A stretch of 64,000 bases of DNA from an uncultured Burkholderiales bacterium (GCA_964438505.1 CAYTKN010000015.1:1883-65882); one strand, 5' to 3'; counted from the first letter of the stretch, positions 48,162-57,777 are shown. The notes: generated by a model not told the origin, from the letters alone. A program made the numbers and translations.

Positions 48162-48491
48162 TCAGCGGTCGGTCTCGGCCTCCGCGAGCTCGTCGACCGT
48201 GTCGATGCGCACCCGCGCGTCGCCGCGCTCGTGGTAGAGCGCCCTGCCGACGAGGTGCGCGCCGACGGGGATCGTGAGGTAGGCGAGCACGACGATGAGG
48301 ACCAGCTTCACGGCGGTGGCGGCGTCGGAGTCGAGGGCCGCGCCCACGACCACGAGTGTGACCCCCAGCGTGGTGGCCTTGGTCCCCGCGTGCATCCGCG
48401 AGATGACGTCGTCGAACTTGAGGTTCCCGACGGCGGCGAGCACCGACCAGGCTCCGCCGGCGACCAGGAGGATGTCGCTCACGAGGTCCAT
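48162..48491 (-). CDS. mrpG: Mrp/Mnh monovalent cation:proton antiporter subunit G
   Basis: The product reads MDLVSDILLVAGGAWSVLAAVGNLKFDDVISRMHAGTKATTLG, the typical MnhG signature. It is the last gene of the operon. Confidence 0.88.
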   Translation of the reverse strand: MDLVSDILLVAGGAWSVLAAVGNLKFDDVISRMHAGTKATTLGVTLVVVGAALDSDAATAVKLVLIVVLAYLTIPVGAHLVGRALYHERGDARVRIDTVDELAEAETDR

Positions 48492-48495
48492 CTCG

Positions 48496-48747
48496 TCACG
48501 CTCCTCTCCGCTCGATGAAGCGCGCCGCGACGCCGGTGCCGACGTAGCCGAGCAAGCCCATCACGACGGCCACGTCGACGAAGGCCGTCGACCCGGTGCG
48601 GGCGGCGTCGACGACGAGGACGCTGATCACGATGGCGAGCAGGCCGTCGAGCGCGACCACCCGGTCGGCCACCGACGGGCCGATCACGACGCGGATCGTC
48701 ATCGCCAGGCCGGCGGCGGCGAGCAGGACGAGAGCGGCGGTCGCCAT
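48496..48747 (-). CDS. mrpF: Mrp/Mnh antiporter subunit F
   Basis: The ATG at 48747 is in frame in track ORF 48496..49485. The 83-aa, 3-TM protein reads ..IGPSVADRVVALDGL... It forms an ATGA overlap with the mrpE stop. Confidence 0.85.
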   Translation of the reverse strand: MATAALVLLAAAGLAMTIRVVIGPSVADRVVALDGLLAIVISVLVVDAARTGSTAFVDVAVVMGLLGYVGTGVAARFIERRGA

Positions 48748-49307
48748 CAGCGGACCTCCTGGTCGGAGTCGTCGGAGTCGTCGGAGCGGCCGGCCTCGGC
48801 GGCGGGGTGGGCCTCGGGGACGTCGTCGGTGCCGGTGGCGCGGAGCGCGAGGCGCTGGAGCGCGCGGACGTCCCGACGCACGCGCTCGTCGTCGTAGAGG
48901 TGGAGGACGTGCACGTAGAGGACGGCGGGGTCGCGTCGGGCCTCGAGCGTCAGGGTGCCAGGGGTGAGCGTGATCGCGTTGGCGACGAGGGTGATCACCA
49001 GCTCGGAGGCCCCCTCGACCGGGACGGCGATGATGCCCCGCCGGGTGTGGTCGCGAGGCGTGACGATCTCGCGGGCCAGCACGAAGTTCGCCTCGAGGAG
49101 CTTCCAGTGGAAGTAGAGGAGGAACGCCAGGAGCCAGTGGGGACGGATCGTGTGGCGCGGGGGCTCCCCGTGGGTGCCCGGGAAGATCGCGGTCACCGCG
49201 ATCGCCGTGACCAGACCGCTCAGCGCGTTGGCGGCGCTGAGGTCTCGCCACAGGACGAGCCACAGCAGGGTCAGCCACACCACGAGCGCGACACGACGCA
49301 GGCTCAC
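48747..49307 (-). CDS. mrpE: Mrp/Mnh antiporter subunit E (with an acidic C-terminal tail)
   Basis: The GTG at 49307 is in frame in track ORF 48747..50831. The product reads ..LWLVLWRDLSAANALSGL..ITLTPGTLTLE.. It forms a GTGA overlap with the mrpD stop. Confidence 0.85.
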   Translation of the reverse strand: MSLRRVALVVWLTLLWLVLWRDLSAANALSGLVTAIAVTAIFPGTHGEPPRHTIRPHWLLAFLLYFHWKLLEANFVLAREIVTPRDHTRRGIIAVPVEGASELVITLVANAITLTPGTLTLEARRDPAVLYVHVLHLYDDERVRRDVRALQRLALRATGTDDVPEAHPAAEAGRSDDSDDSDQEVR

Positions 49308-50824
49308 GGCGCCAGCACCTCCTCGACGTAGACCGACCGGTCGAGGAGCTCGCCGGCGGTCCGGGTGCTGAGGCGGTGGATCGGCCCCGCCAGCACGGCG
49401 AAGGCGAGGCTCGTCGCGGTGAGGACGGCCGTCGAGGCGACCATGAGCCGCGGCAGGCCCCGGGTGAGCGTCCGCCCGGCGGCACGATCCGTGAACGCCG
49501 GGGTCAGCAACGGGTCGGGCTCGCGCGACTCCTCGCCCCAGAAGGCGTTGTTCCAGATCTTGGTCATCGAGAAGAGCGTCAGGAAGCTGACGAGCAGGCT
49601 CACCCCGACGACCGCGTACTGACCATCGGCGAAGCCGGCGTCGACGAGCGCCAGCTTGGCGACGAAGCCGGAGAACGGGGGGACCCCGGCCAGGCTGAGG
49701 GCCGGCAGCAGGAAGAGCAGCCCCACGACGGGAGCAGTGCGCAGCAGGCCGCTCACCCGGTCGAGGTGACCGGTGCCGGCTCCCTCCTCGACGAGACCGC
49801 CGGTGAGGAAGAGGGTCGTCTTCACGAGGATGTGGTGGAGGATGTAGAGGATCGCTCCGGCCACGCCGGCCACCGTGAAGATCCCCAGACCCATGACCAT
49901 GTACCCGATCTGGCTGACGATGTGGAACGAGAGGATCCGCTTGATCTCGTCCTGCGCGATGGCGCCGAGCACACCCACCAGCATGGTCGTCGCGGCGATG
50001 GCGAGCAGGAGGACGTCGGGGCGGTCCTGGGCGGGGAGCAGCAGCGTCTGGGTGCGGATGATGGCGTAGATGCCGACCTTGGTGAGCAGACCGGCGAACA
50101 CCGCCGTGATCGCGACCGGGGCCGTGGGGTAGCTGTCCGGCAGCCAGAAGAACAGCGGGAACACCGCCGCCTTGATCCCGAACACCACGAGGAGGAGGAG
50201 GACGAGGGTCTGGCGCAGCTCCCTGGGCAACGCCTCGAGCTGTCCGGCGAGGTGCGCCAGGTTGACCGTCCCGGTGCTCGTGTAGACGAAGGCGATGGCG
50301 GTGAGGAACAGGGCCGAGGCGAGCAGGCTGATCACCACGTAGGTCATCCCGCTGCGCACCTGGTCGCGGCGACCACCGAGGGTCAGGAGCACGTAGCTGG
50401 CGGTGAGCATGACCTCGAACGACACGAACAGGTTGAACAGGTCGCCGGTCAGGAACGAGGCGGAGACCCCCGCGGCGAGCACCAGGTACACCGGGTGGAA
50501 GCCCACGTGGCGACGCTCCGCGCCGCCCTGGCCGATCGCGTAGACGAGCACCGCCAGGAGGATCAGCGCCGAGATGACGAGGAGCACCGCGGCGAAGCGG
50601 TCCGCGGCCAGGGTGATGCCGAAGGGCGCCGGCCACCCTCCCGCCTGGAGGACGCTCATCCCGTCGCGGTCGACCAGCACCAGCAGCGCGACCGCGCAGG
50701 ACAACGTGGCGGTCAACGTGGCCACCGCGAGCGCGCGCTGGAGCGGCCGCCAGCGTCCCAGGACGACGCAGAGGGCCGCGGCCGCGAGCGGCCCGGCGAT
50801 CGGGAACGCGACGAGGACCTTCAC
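49304..50824 (-). CDS. mrpD: Mrp/Mnh antiporter subunit D (NuoM/N-like)
   Basis: The GTG at 50824 is in frame in track ORF 49304..51598. The 506-aa polytopic protein has proton-pumping-subunit motifs (..FNLFVSFEVMLTASYVL.., ..WLPDSYPTAP..). Confidence 0.88.
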   Translation of the reverse strand: MKVLVAFPIAGPLAAAALCVVLGRWRPLQRALAVATLTATLSCAVALLVLVDRDGMSVLQAGGWPAPFGITLAADRFAAVLLVISALILLAVLVYAIGQGGAERRHVGFHPVYLVLAAGVSASFLTGDLFNLFVSFEVMLTASYVLLTLGGRRDQVRSGMTYVVISLLASALFLTAIAFVYTSTGTVNLAHLAGQLEALPRELRQTLVLLLLVVFGIKAAVFPLFFWLPDSYPTAPVAITAVFAGLLTKVGIYAIIRTQTLLLPAQDRPDVLLLAIAATTMLVGVLGAIAQDEIKRILSFHIVSQIGYMVMGLGIFTVAGVAGAILYILHHILVKTTLFLTGGLVEEGAGTGHLDRVSGLLRTAPVVGLLFLLPALSLAGVPPFSGFVAKLALVDAGFADGQYAVVGVSLLVSFLTLFSMTKIWNNAFWGEESREPDPLLTPAFTDRAAGRTLTRGLPRLMVASTAVLTATSLAFAVLAGPIHRLSTRTAGELLDRSVYVEEVLAP

Positions 50825-51321
50825 GGGCCACCGCGCCCGGACTCGCCCGGGTCGCCAGCGTCGTTTGGGTTGCCAGCGTCGCCAGCGTCGTCTGGGTCGC
50901 CGAGCTCGTCGGTCACGTCGAGGTCGGCTGCCTCGGCTGCGGCCCGGACGTCGACCGACTCCTGGCCGGGTCGGCGCCGGGCGGCGACGAGGCGGTCCTC
51001 GAGGTCGTCCTGCACCTCGTCGTCGCGGGTCAGCAGCCAACTCCGGTACGCCATCGCGAGGAGGAAGCTCGTGGTCCCGAACGTGATCACGATCGCGGTG
51101 AGGACGAACGCCTGGGGCAGGGGATCGAGGAGGTTCCCCACGGCCTCCCCGTCGACGAACGTCGGCTGACCGCGTCCTCCCGCGGACAGGAGGACGAGCA
51201 GGTTGGCGCCGTGGGCGAGCAGGGCGAGGCCGATGATGATGCGCGTGAGCTGGCGCTGGAGGAGCAGGTAGGTGCCGCAGCCGAAGAGGGCGGCCGCCGC
51301 CGCGGCGAGCACGACCGTCAT
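50821..51321 (-). CDS. mrpC: Mrp/Mnh antiporter subunit C (NuoK-like) with a long acidic C-terminal extension
   Basis: The ATG at 51321 is in frame in track ORF 50821..51834. The product reads ..GTYLLLQRQLTRIIIGLALLAHGANLL.. A ~60-aa Asp-rich tail (DPDDAGDAGNPNDAGDPGESG) follows. Confidence 0.85.
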   Translation of the reverse strand: MTVVLAAAAAALFGCGTYLLLQRQLTRIIIGLALLAHGANLLVLLSAGGRGQPTFVDGEAVGNLLDPLPQAFVLTAIVITFGTTSFLLAMAYRSWLLTRDDEVQDDLEDRLVAARRRPGQESVDVRAAAEAADLDVTDELGDPDDAGDAGNPNDAGDPGESGRGGP

Positions 51322-51758
51322 CGCTCGTCGCCCCCGGGTCGGACCTCCTCGCCGAAGGCCTCGAACACCATGAACACCAGACCGACGACGATCGCGAACA
51401 CGCCGGTGTCGAAGACGAGCGTGCTCGTGGTCTTGATCTCGCCCAGGACCGCGACGTCCAGCGTCGCGAGGTCGTGCTCGAGGAGGGAGCCGCCGAGCGC
51501 GAGGGAGGCGAGCGCCGAGCCCGTCGACAGCACGAGGCCGCTCCCGAGGATCGTCCACGGCGCCAGGCGGGACACCGCCCGGACGTCGTCGATCCCACCG
51601 GCCACGTAGTAGACGGCGACGGCGGCGCCGAACACGAGTCCGCCCACGAACCCTCCTCCCGGCTGGTTGTGGCCGGCGAAGAGCAGGAACAGCGACACCA
51701 TGAGCGCGGAGTGGAAGACGAGTCGCGCGGTGACGTCGACGATGATCGAGCGTCTCAC
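51318..51758 (-). CDS. mrpB: Mrp/Mnh antiporter subunit B
   Basis: The product reads LFLLFAGHNQPGGGFVGGL, the typical MnhB motif, and is 146 aa. It forms 4-nt overlaps on both sides. Confidence 0.88.
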   Translation of the reverse strand: MRRSIIVDVTARLVFHSALMVSLFLLFAGHNQPGGGFVGGLVFGAAVAVYYVAGGIDDVRAVSRLAPWTILGSGLVLSTGSALASLALGGSLLEHDLATLDVAVLGEIKTTSTLVFDTGVFAIVVGLVFMVFEAFGEEVRPGGDER

Positions 51759-54160
51759 GCCTCGACCTCCCCGCCGGCGGGCTCCGCGCGTGCGTCCTCG
51801 TCACCGCCGGCCGTGTCGCCGTCGCCTGCGCCACCGTCGCCTGGGTCCCCGTCGCCTGGGTCCCCGTCGCCTGTGTCGCTGCCGGCCCGTCCCCGTCCCG
51901 CGCGCGCCAGCGCCACCACGCCGACCCCGGCGACGACGAGCACGCTGATCTCCCCGAGCGTGTCCAGACCGCGGAAGTCGACGAGCACGACGTTGACGAC
52001 GTTGTGACCGCCGGCCTCCGGTGAGGCGCGCTCCACGAGACCGTCGGAGACCGGGCTCGGCACCCGGTGGGAGGCGCTGGCGAGGGTCAGCGTGAAGACA
52101 CCCGCCGCCACGATCGCGGCCACCCCGACGCGCAGGCCCACACCCAGGCCGCCCTGGGGTCGCCCGAAGCGGGTCGGGAGCCGGCGCAGCACGAGCATGA
52201 ACACCACGATGAACAGCGTCTCGATCGCGAGCTGGGTCAACGCCAGATCCGGCGCTCCCTGGATGACGAACACCAGCGCCATGCCGTAGCCGACCGCGCC
52301 CAGGACGAGGATGGCGGCGAAGCGGCGACCCAGCGTCGCCGCGGCCACAGCAGCCCCGGCGATCAGCACCGCGAGCGCGACCTGCGCCGGGGTCTCGGCG
52401 AACTCCGGCCATCGCAACGACCCGTCGTCCCCGAGGAGCATGCTGGCCCCGGTGAGCGCGACGGCGCTGAGCAGGATGACCGCGACGTACACGGGCAGGG
52501 ACCCGCTCTGGACGACGCCGGTGACCCGCCGGGCGACGGCGGTGAGGCCCTGGACCGCACCGGCGAACACGTCGTCGGCGCCATACCTCGGCGCCAGCGC
52601 CGCCTGCCAGCGCGCCACGGCCCGCCGCGCGGCCACGAGAAGCGCCCCACCGGCGACGACCACGACGGAGAGCAGGAGGGGGAGCTCGAAGCCGTGCCAC
52701 AGCGCCACCGAGACGTGCTCGACGCGGGCGTCGAGGTCGGCGGACGCCTGGTCGAGGAGGGGCCCGACCAGCGTCCCCCCGGCGAGGCCGGTGACGACGG
52801 ACAGGCCGGCGAGGAGCACCGCCGGCGCGGCGAACAGCAGCGACGGGGGGACCGGCGAGCGTCGGGGCTCGCCTCGCGGGACCAGGATCGCGGTCGCGAA
52901 GCGGGCGCTGTAGGCGAAGGTCAGGATCGAGCCGGCCACGAGGCCCGCCAGCACGAGCGCCCCCCACGCGCCCTCGTGGGTGAAGGCCTCGAACGCCGAC
53001 TCCTTGGCCACGAAGCCGAAGAGGGGCGGCAACCCGGCCATCGACGCCGCCGAGACGAGCGTGACGGCCTTCACGGTGCCCCACCCCTCACCGAGGGGCG
53101 GGAGCTCCCTGCGGTCGCGCGTGCCCGCCTGGTGGTCGACCATCCCCACGACGAGGAACAGGGCGGCCTTGAACAGCGCGTGGGCGAGGATCAGCGTCGC
53201 GCCCGCCACCGTGGCGTCCGGGCGTCCGGCGCCGAAGAGCACGAGGAGGAACCCGAGCTGGCTGACGGTCCCCATGGCGAGGAGCAGCTTGAGATCCTGC
53301 TGGCGCAGCGCCCGCAACCCTCCCGCCAGCATCGTCACCACCCCGATGGTGACCGCCGCGGGTCTCCAGCCGCCGGTGAGGGCGAAGACGGGCGCGAGGC
53401 GGGCGGCGAGGTAGATCCCCGCCTTCACCATCGTCGCCGAGTGCAGGTACGCGCTGATCGGCGTGGGGGCGACCATGGCGCCCGGCAACCAGGCGTGGGT
53501 CGGGTACTGCGCCGACTTGGTGACCACGCCCACGAGCACGAGGGCGAGGCCCACCACCGCGGTGGTGCCCGAGGGGGCGGCGGCCAGGATGCCGGAGAGC
53601 GAGTACGTGCCGGCGGCCTGCGCCAGGAGCACGAGGCCGCCCAGCAACGCCAGGCCGCCCGTCCCGGTCACCAGCAGGGCGTGCAGCGCCCCGGCCCGGG
53701 CGGACGGGTTGGCGTGGTCGGAGCCGATGAGGAGCCACGACGTGATCGACGTCAGCTCCCACGCCACGTAGAGGAAGAGCACGTTGTCCGCGAGGACCAC
53801 GCCCAGCATCGCCCCCGAGAACCACACCAGCAGGCCGGCGATCCGGGCGGCCTGCTCGGTCGCCGAGAAGTACGAGTGGGCGTAGACCATCACGAGCACC
53901 CCGACGCCCGCGACGATCGCGGCCATCAGCAGGCCGAACCCGTCCATGCGGAGGTCGACGCCGAGGCGGAGGGAGCCCACCCAGGTGAGGTGCTCCGAGA
54001 CGGCGTCGCCGTCGAGCACCCGCGGGGCCCGCGCCGCGACGAAGGCGACGACGGCGAGCATCGGGACGGCACCGGCGAGGAACGCCACCCGCCGCAGCCG
54101 GTGCGCGCCGGCGAGGATCAGCAGTCCGACGACCGCGTGCCCGAGGAGGAGAGCGGTCAA
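51755..54160 (-). CDS. mrpA: Mrp/Mnh antiporter subunit A (NuoL-like, with a fused MnhB-like C-terminal domain and a Gly/Asp tail)
   Basis: The 801-aa product has NuoL-type motifs (..YVAWELTSITSWLLIG.., ..HAWLPGAMVAPTPISAYLHSATMVKAG..). The C-terminus reads GDGDPGDGDPGDGGAGDGD. Confidence 0.9.
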   Translation of the reverse strand: MTALLLGHAVVGLLILAGAHRLRRVAFLAGAVPMLAVVAFVAARAPRVLDGDAVSEHLTWVGSLRLGVDLRMDGFGLLMAAIVAGVGVLVMVYAHSYFSATEQAARIAGLLVWFSGAMLGVVLADNVLFLYVAWELTSITSWLLIGSDHANPSARAGALHALLVTGTGGLALLGGLVLLAQAAGTYSLSGILAAAPSGTTAVVGLALVLVGVVTKSAQYPTHAWLPGAMVAPTPISAYLHSATMVKAGIYLAARLAPVFALTGGWRPAAVTIGVVTMLAGGLRALRQQDLKLLLAMGTVSQLGFLLVLFGAGRPDATVAGATLILAHALFKAALFLVVGMVDHQAGTRDRRELPPLGEGWGTVKAVTLVSAASMAGLPPLFGFVAKESAFEAFTHEGAWGALVLAGLVAGSILTFAYSARFATAILVPRGEPRRSPVPPSLLFAAPAVLLAGLSVVTGLAGGTLVGPLLDQASADLDARVEHVSVALWHGFELPLLLSVVVVAGGALLVAARRAVARWQAALAPRYGADDVFAGAVQGLTAVARRVTGVVQSGSLPVYVAVILLSAVALTGASMLLGDDGSLRWPEFAETPAQVALAVLIAGAAVAAATLGRRFAAILVLGAVGYGMALVFVIQGAPDLALTQLAIETLFIVVFMLVLRRLPTRFGRPQGGLGVGLRVGVAAIVAAGVFTLTLASASHRVPSPVSDGLVERASPEAGGHNVVNVVLVDFRGLDTLGEISVLVVAGVGVVALARAGRGRAGSDTGDGDPGDGDPGDGGAGDGDTAGGDEDARAEPAGGEVEA

Positions 54161-54396
54161 CGTCGCCGGGGTGGGGTCCGGTCGGACGGGTCGAACGCGG
54201 CCACCCTCGAGGGCTGTCCGTCACAGCGGAGGGCGTCGAGCTGCGCCGGCGGCGGCGCCGACGACCGCGCCCGAGGCGCGCTCGGAGCCCCGGGAGCGTG
54301 GACGGACAGCGAGCTCGAGGGGTGTCGCCTCTGCCTCACGCGGGGGAGGTTAGACCGCGCGGGATGCCGGTCCCGCAGCGGCCGGGGGTCTGCCGA

Positions 54397-54402
54397 TAGG
54401 CT
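54397..54402 (+). promoter_or_regulatory. Candidate -10 box (TAGGCT) for the UPF0182 gene
   Basis: This TANNNT hexamer ends 9 nt before the ATG at 54412, with no obvious SD sequence. Confidence 0.3.
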
Positions 54403-54411
54403 GACCGCTCG

Positions 54412-57387
54412 ATGCCCGAAGACGACGTGCGGTCCCGTTCCGGGGACTCGAGGTTCTCCCGTCGACGGGTCGTGCTGGCTCTCGTCCTCGGGATCCTGCT
54501 GATCGGCCTCGTCACGGCCCGCGGGATCGCCGGCCTCTACACCGACTACCTGTGGTTCGACCACCTGCGCTTCGGCGGAGTGTGGACGACGCTCATCGGC
54601 GCCCGCCTCGGCGTGGCGCTCGTCTTCGTGGCGCTGTCGTTCGTGCTCGTGTGGGTGAACCTCCTCCTCGCCGACCGGATGTCGTCGCCCTTCGAGGCCA
54701 CCGAGCCCCACGAGGAGTCGATGGCGCAGGTCCACGACGCCGTCGCGCACCGTCGCGGGCTCCTGCGCGCCGGCGTCGCGGTGGTGTTCGGTCTCCTCCT
54801 CGGGGCCGGAGCAGCGGGGCAGTGGAACGACTGGATCCTCTTCCTCAACCGCGTCGACTTCGGAATCAGCGATCCGCAGTTCGGCAACGACATCGGCTTC
54901 TACGTGTTCCAGCTCCCGTTCCTCGGCTACGTCGTCGACTGGCTGTTCGCCGCGCTGATCGTGACGGCGATCGTCGTCGCCGGGGTCCACTTCTTCAACG
55001 GCGGGATCCGCCTCCGCCTGCCCACCAACGAGATGCAGCGCAGAGCGCCCAGCGGGATGATCCAGGTGAGCACCGCGGTCAAGGTCCACCTGTCGGTCCT
55101 CTTGGCCCTCGTCGCGCTCGCCAAGGCGGCCAACTACTACCTCGACCGCTTCGACCTCCTCTTCTCGTCGCGCGGCGTCGTCGACGGCGCGAGCTACACG
55201 GACGTCAACGCGCAGATCCCCGCCTTCAACCTGCTCATCGCGATCTCCGTCCTCGCGGCGATCCTGCTGCTCGTGAACATCCGCCGTCGGGGCTGGGTGC
55301 TGCCCACGCTCGCCGTGGGGCTCTGGGTGCTCGTCGCGCTGGTGGTCGGGACCGCCTACCCCGCCTTCATCCAGCGGTTCCGCGTCGAGCCCGCCGAGTC
55401 CACGAAGGAATCCCAGTACATCGAGCGCAACATCGAGGCCACCCGCACGGCGATGGGGGTCGACGACGTCGTCATCCGCGACTTCGCCTACGACGAGGAC
55501 CTCGACGCCGAGGCGCTGACCCGCAACGAGGAGACCATCCGCAACATCCGGCTCTGGGACCCCCGCGTGCTGCGCCGCACGTACCAGCGCCTCCAGGAGG
55601 TGCGGACCTTCTACCGCTTCACCGACGTGGACATCGACCGCTACGAGATCGACGGCTCGCCCACCCAGATCCTGCTCTCCACCCGGGAGCTCAGCTCCGA
55701 CAGCCTCCCGGCGGACACGTGGGAGAACCGCCACCTCGCCTTCACCCACGGGTTCGGGGCCGTCCTCTCGCCCGCCAACGCGGTGACCAGTGAGGGGCAG
55801 CCGGACTTCCTGGTCCGCAACATCCCCCCGCAGGGCGAGCCCGAGATCGAGCAGCCGCGCCTGTACCACGGCGAGTCGCTCGGTGGGTACGCCGTCGTCA
55901 ACAGCGGTCGCGACGAGATCGACTTCCTGCGCGAGGACGGCACCGCGGTCCCGAACCGCTACGAGGGCGACGCGGGCGTGGGGGTCGGCTCGATCCACCG
56001 GCGGCTCGCCTTCGCCCTGCGCTTCGCCGACATCAACCCCCTCATCTCGGGCTTCATGACCTCCGACTCGCGCATCCTGTACCTGCGGGACATCCGCGAG
56101 CGCGTCGAGACGCTCGCGCCGTTCCTCCACTACGACCACGACCCCTACCCGGTGGTGCTCGACGGCCGCGTCCAGTGGGTGATCGACGCCTACACCACCA
56201 CCGACCGGTATCCCTACGCGCAGGGAGCCGACAACAGCCGCCTCGCGTCGGACAGTGGGCTGCGCCACGACTTCAACTACGCGCGCAACTCGGTGAAGGT
56301 GACCGTGGACGCGTACAGCGGCGACGTGACCTACTACGTGGTCGACCCGGAGGACCCGATCATCCAGTCCTACACGCAGGCGTTCCCGGACCTGTTCACC
56401 CCGAACGAGGAGGTCCCCGACGACCTGCGGGCGCACTTCCGCTTCCCCGAGGACCTCTTCCGCGTGCAGACGAACATGTGGGGCCGCTACCACATCGACG
56501 ACCCGAACGAGTTCTACTCGCAGTCCGACCGCTGGAACATCGCCCAGGACCCGCGCTCGGGCACCGCCGAGGCCGTGGTCGAGGCCACCGACCCGGAGAC
56601 GGGCGAGACGACCGCCCCCACCGAGGGCCGGATGGACCCCTACTACCTGCTGATGCGGCTCCCGGGCTCGACCGACACGCAGTTCCTGATCCTCCAACCC
56701 TTCGTGCCCTTCTCCGAGGACGACACCCGCCGTGAGCTCTCCGCGTTCATGGTGGCCAACTCGGATCCCGACGACTACGGGCAGCTCGAGGTGTTCGCCA
56801 TGCCCCGCGACCGGCAGGTCGACGGGCCCGCCATCGTCAACGCCCGCATCAACCAGGAACCCGAGATCTCGCAGCTCATCACCCTCCTGAGCCGCGCGGG
56901 ATCCGAGGTGCTGTTCGGCAACCTGCTCATCATCCCCGTCGACCAGTCGCTGCTCTACGTGCGGCCGCTGTACGTGCAGGCCACCGGCGCCGACGCCGTC
57001 CCCGAGCTCAAGCAGGTCATCGTGGTCTTCGGCGAGCGCATCGCCATCCGCGAGACGCTCCAGGGAGCCCTCGCCGCCGTCTTCGGGGACGCACCGGAGA
57101 CGTTGGAGGAGGGGACCGGGGCGGACGAGGAGGCCGAGCCCGCCCGCGAGGTCCAGCGCCTCCTCGAGGAGGCCGCCGAGGCGTTCGCCGAGGCGGAGGC
57201 TGCGCTCCAGGACGGCGACTTCGCCGCCTACGGCAGGCACATCCAGGCCGCACAGGACGCCATCGAAGAAGCCCGGGGCGCGGCCACGACGGGACCCCTC
57301 CCGGATGGGGAGCTGGAAGAAGCGGAATCGGGGGAATCCGGGGAGTCGGAGGACGCGGAGCAGCCGGAGGGCGCGGAGGAAGGGTGA
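54412..57387 (+). CDS. UPF0182 family large membrane protein
   Basis: The 991-aa product has an N-terminal ~7-TM region with GLYTDYLWFDHLRFGGVWTT and a large extracytoplasmic C-terminal part. This matches the actinobacterial UPF0182 family as I recall it. Confidence 0.75.
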   Translation: MPEDDVRSRSGDSRFSRRRVVLALVLGILLIGLVTARGIAGLYTDYLWFDHLRFGGVWTTLIGARLGVALVFVALSFVLVWVNLLLADRMSSPFEATEPHEESMAQVHDAVAHRRGLLRAGVAVVFGLLLGAGAAGQWNDWILFLNRVDFGISDPQFGNDIGFYVFQLPFLGYVVDWLFAALIVTAIVVAGVHFFNGGIRLRLPTNEMQRRAPSGMIQVSTAVKVHLSVLLALVALAKAANYYLDRFDLLFSSRGVVDGASYTDVNAQIPAFNLLIAISVLAAILLLVNIRRRGWVLPTLAVGLWVLVALVVGTAYPAFIQRFRVEPAESTKESQYIERNIEATRTAMGVDDVVIRDFAYDEDLDAEALTRNEETIRNIRLWDPRVLRRTYQRLQEVRTFYRFTDVDIDRYEIDGSPTQILLSTRELSSDSLPADTWENRHLAFTHGFGAVLSPANAVTSEGQPDFLVRNIPPQGEPEIEQPRLYHGESLGGYAVVNSGRDEIDFLREDGTAVPNRYEGDAGVGVGSIHRRLAFALRFADINPLISGFMTSDSRILYLRDIRERVETLAPFLHYDHDPYPVVLDGRVQWVIDAYTTTDRYPYAQGADNSRLASDSGLRHDFNYARNSVKVTVDAYSGDVTYYVVDPEDPIIQSYTQAFPDLFTPNEEVPDDLRAHFRFPEDLFRVQTNMWGRYHIDDPNEFYSQSDRWNIAQDPRSGTAEAVVEATDPETGETTAPTEGRMDPYYLLMRLPGSTDTQFLILQPFVPFSEDDTRRELSAFMVANSDPDDYGQLEVFAMPRDRQVDGPAIVNARINQEPEISQLITLLSRAGSEVLFGNLLIIPVDQSLLYVRPLYVQATGADAVPELKQVIVVFGERIAIRETLQGALAAVFGDAPETLEEGTGADEEAEPAREVQRLLEEAAEAFAEAEAALQDGDFAAYGRHIQAAQDAIEEARGAATTGPLPDGELEEAESGESGESEDAEQPEGAEEG

Positions 57388-57620
57388 GCCCGGAGGCGCC
57401 GTCTCCGGGCCGTCCACCCGAGGAGCCGCACCCGACCCGCCTGCCTCCCGACCACCCGCGGCGTCGCGAGATCCTGGCGGCCCACGCCGCGGCGTTGGCG
57501 GCAGGTGAGCAGGGCTATCTCGACCCCGAGACGGGCCTGTTCGTGATGACCTCGGCCACGCTCCTCGAGCGCGGCACGTGTTGCGACTCCGGATGTCGTC
57601 ACTGCCCCTACGTCGAGTGA
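57384..57620 (+). CDS. Small Cys-rich protein (DUF5522-like, CCxxGCRHCPY motif)
   Basis: The GTG at 57384 forms a GTGA overlap with the UPF0182 stop. The 78-aa product reads ..GYLDPETGLFVMTSATLLERGTCCDSGCRHCPYVE. Confidence 0.6.
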   Translation: MSPEAPSPGRPPEEPHPTRLPPDHPRRREILAAHAAALAAGEQGYLDPETGLFVMTSATLLERGTCCDSGCRHCPYVE

Positions 57621-57664
57621 CGGGTCCGGCCGGGGAGCACTGACGGTAGACTCACGGCCGATCG

Positions 57665-57739
57665 CGGGCTGTGGCGCAGCTTGGTTAGCGCGTCGGTCTG
57701 GGGGACCGAAGGTCGCCGGTTCAAATCCGGCCAGCCCGA
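57665..57739 (+). tRNA. tRNA-Pro (anticodon GGG)
   Basis: It folds by hand into a cloverleaf. The acceptor stem pairs CGGGCTG with CAGCCCG, with discriminator A. The D stem is GCGC/GCGC. The anticodon stem pairs TCGGT with ACCGA, with loop CTGGGGA. The T arm is GCCGG-TTCAAAT-CCGGC. It is 75 nt long and CCA is not encoded. Confidence 0.93.
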
Positions 57740-57744
57740 CTCGG

Positions 57745-57768
57745 CGTCTCGCCTGGTGAGCGGAGACG
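57745..57768. terminator. Weak hairpin between tRNA-Pro and the convergent CBS gene
   Basis: cgtctc (57745-50) pairs with gagacg (57763-68) across a 12-nt loop. The stem is only 6 bp. Confidence 0.25.
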
Positions 57769-57777
57769 GGAGCGTCT

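Noticed and set aside
54157-57417. A 1086-aa minus-strand ORF antisense to the UPF0182 gene.
   Set aside because: It has low-complexity acidic/basic composition and no family resemblance. The sense-strand protein has a clear TM topology and family motifs.
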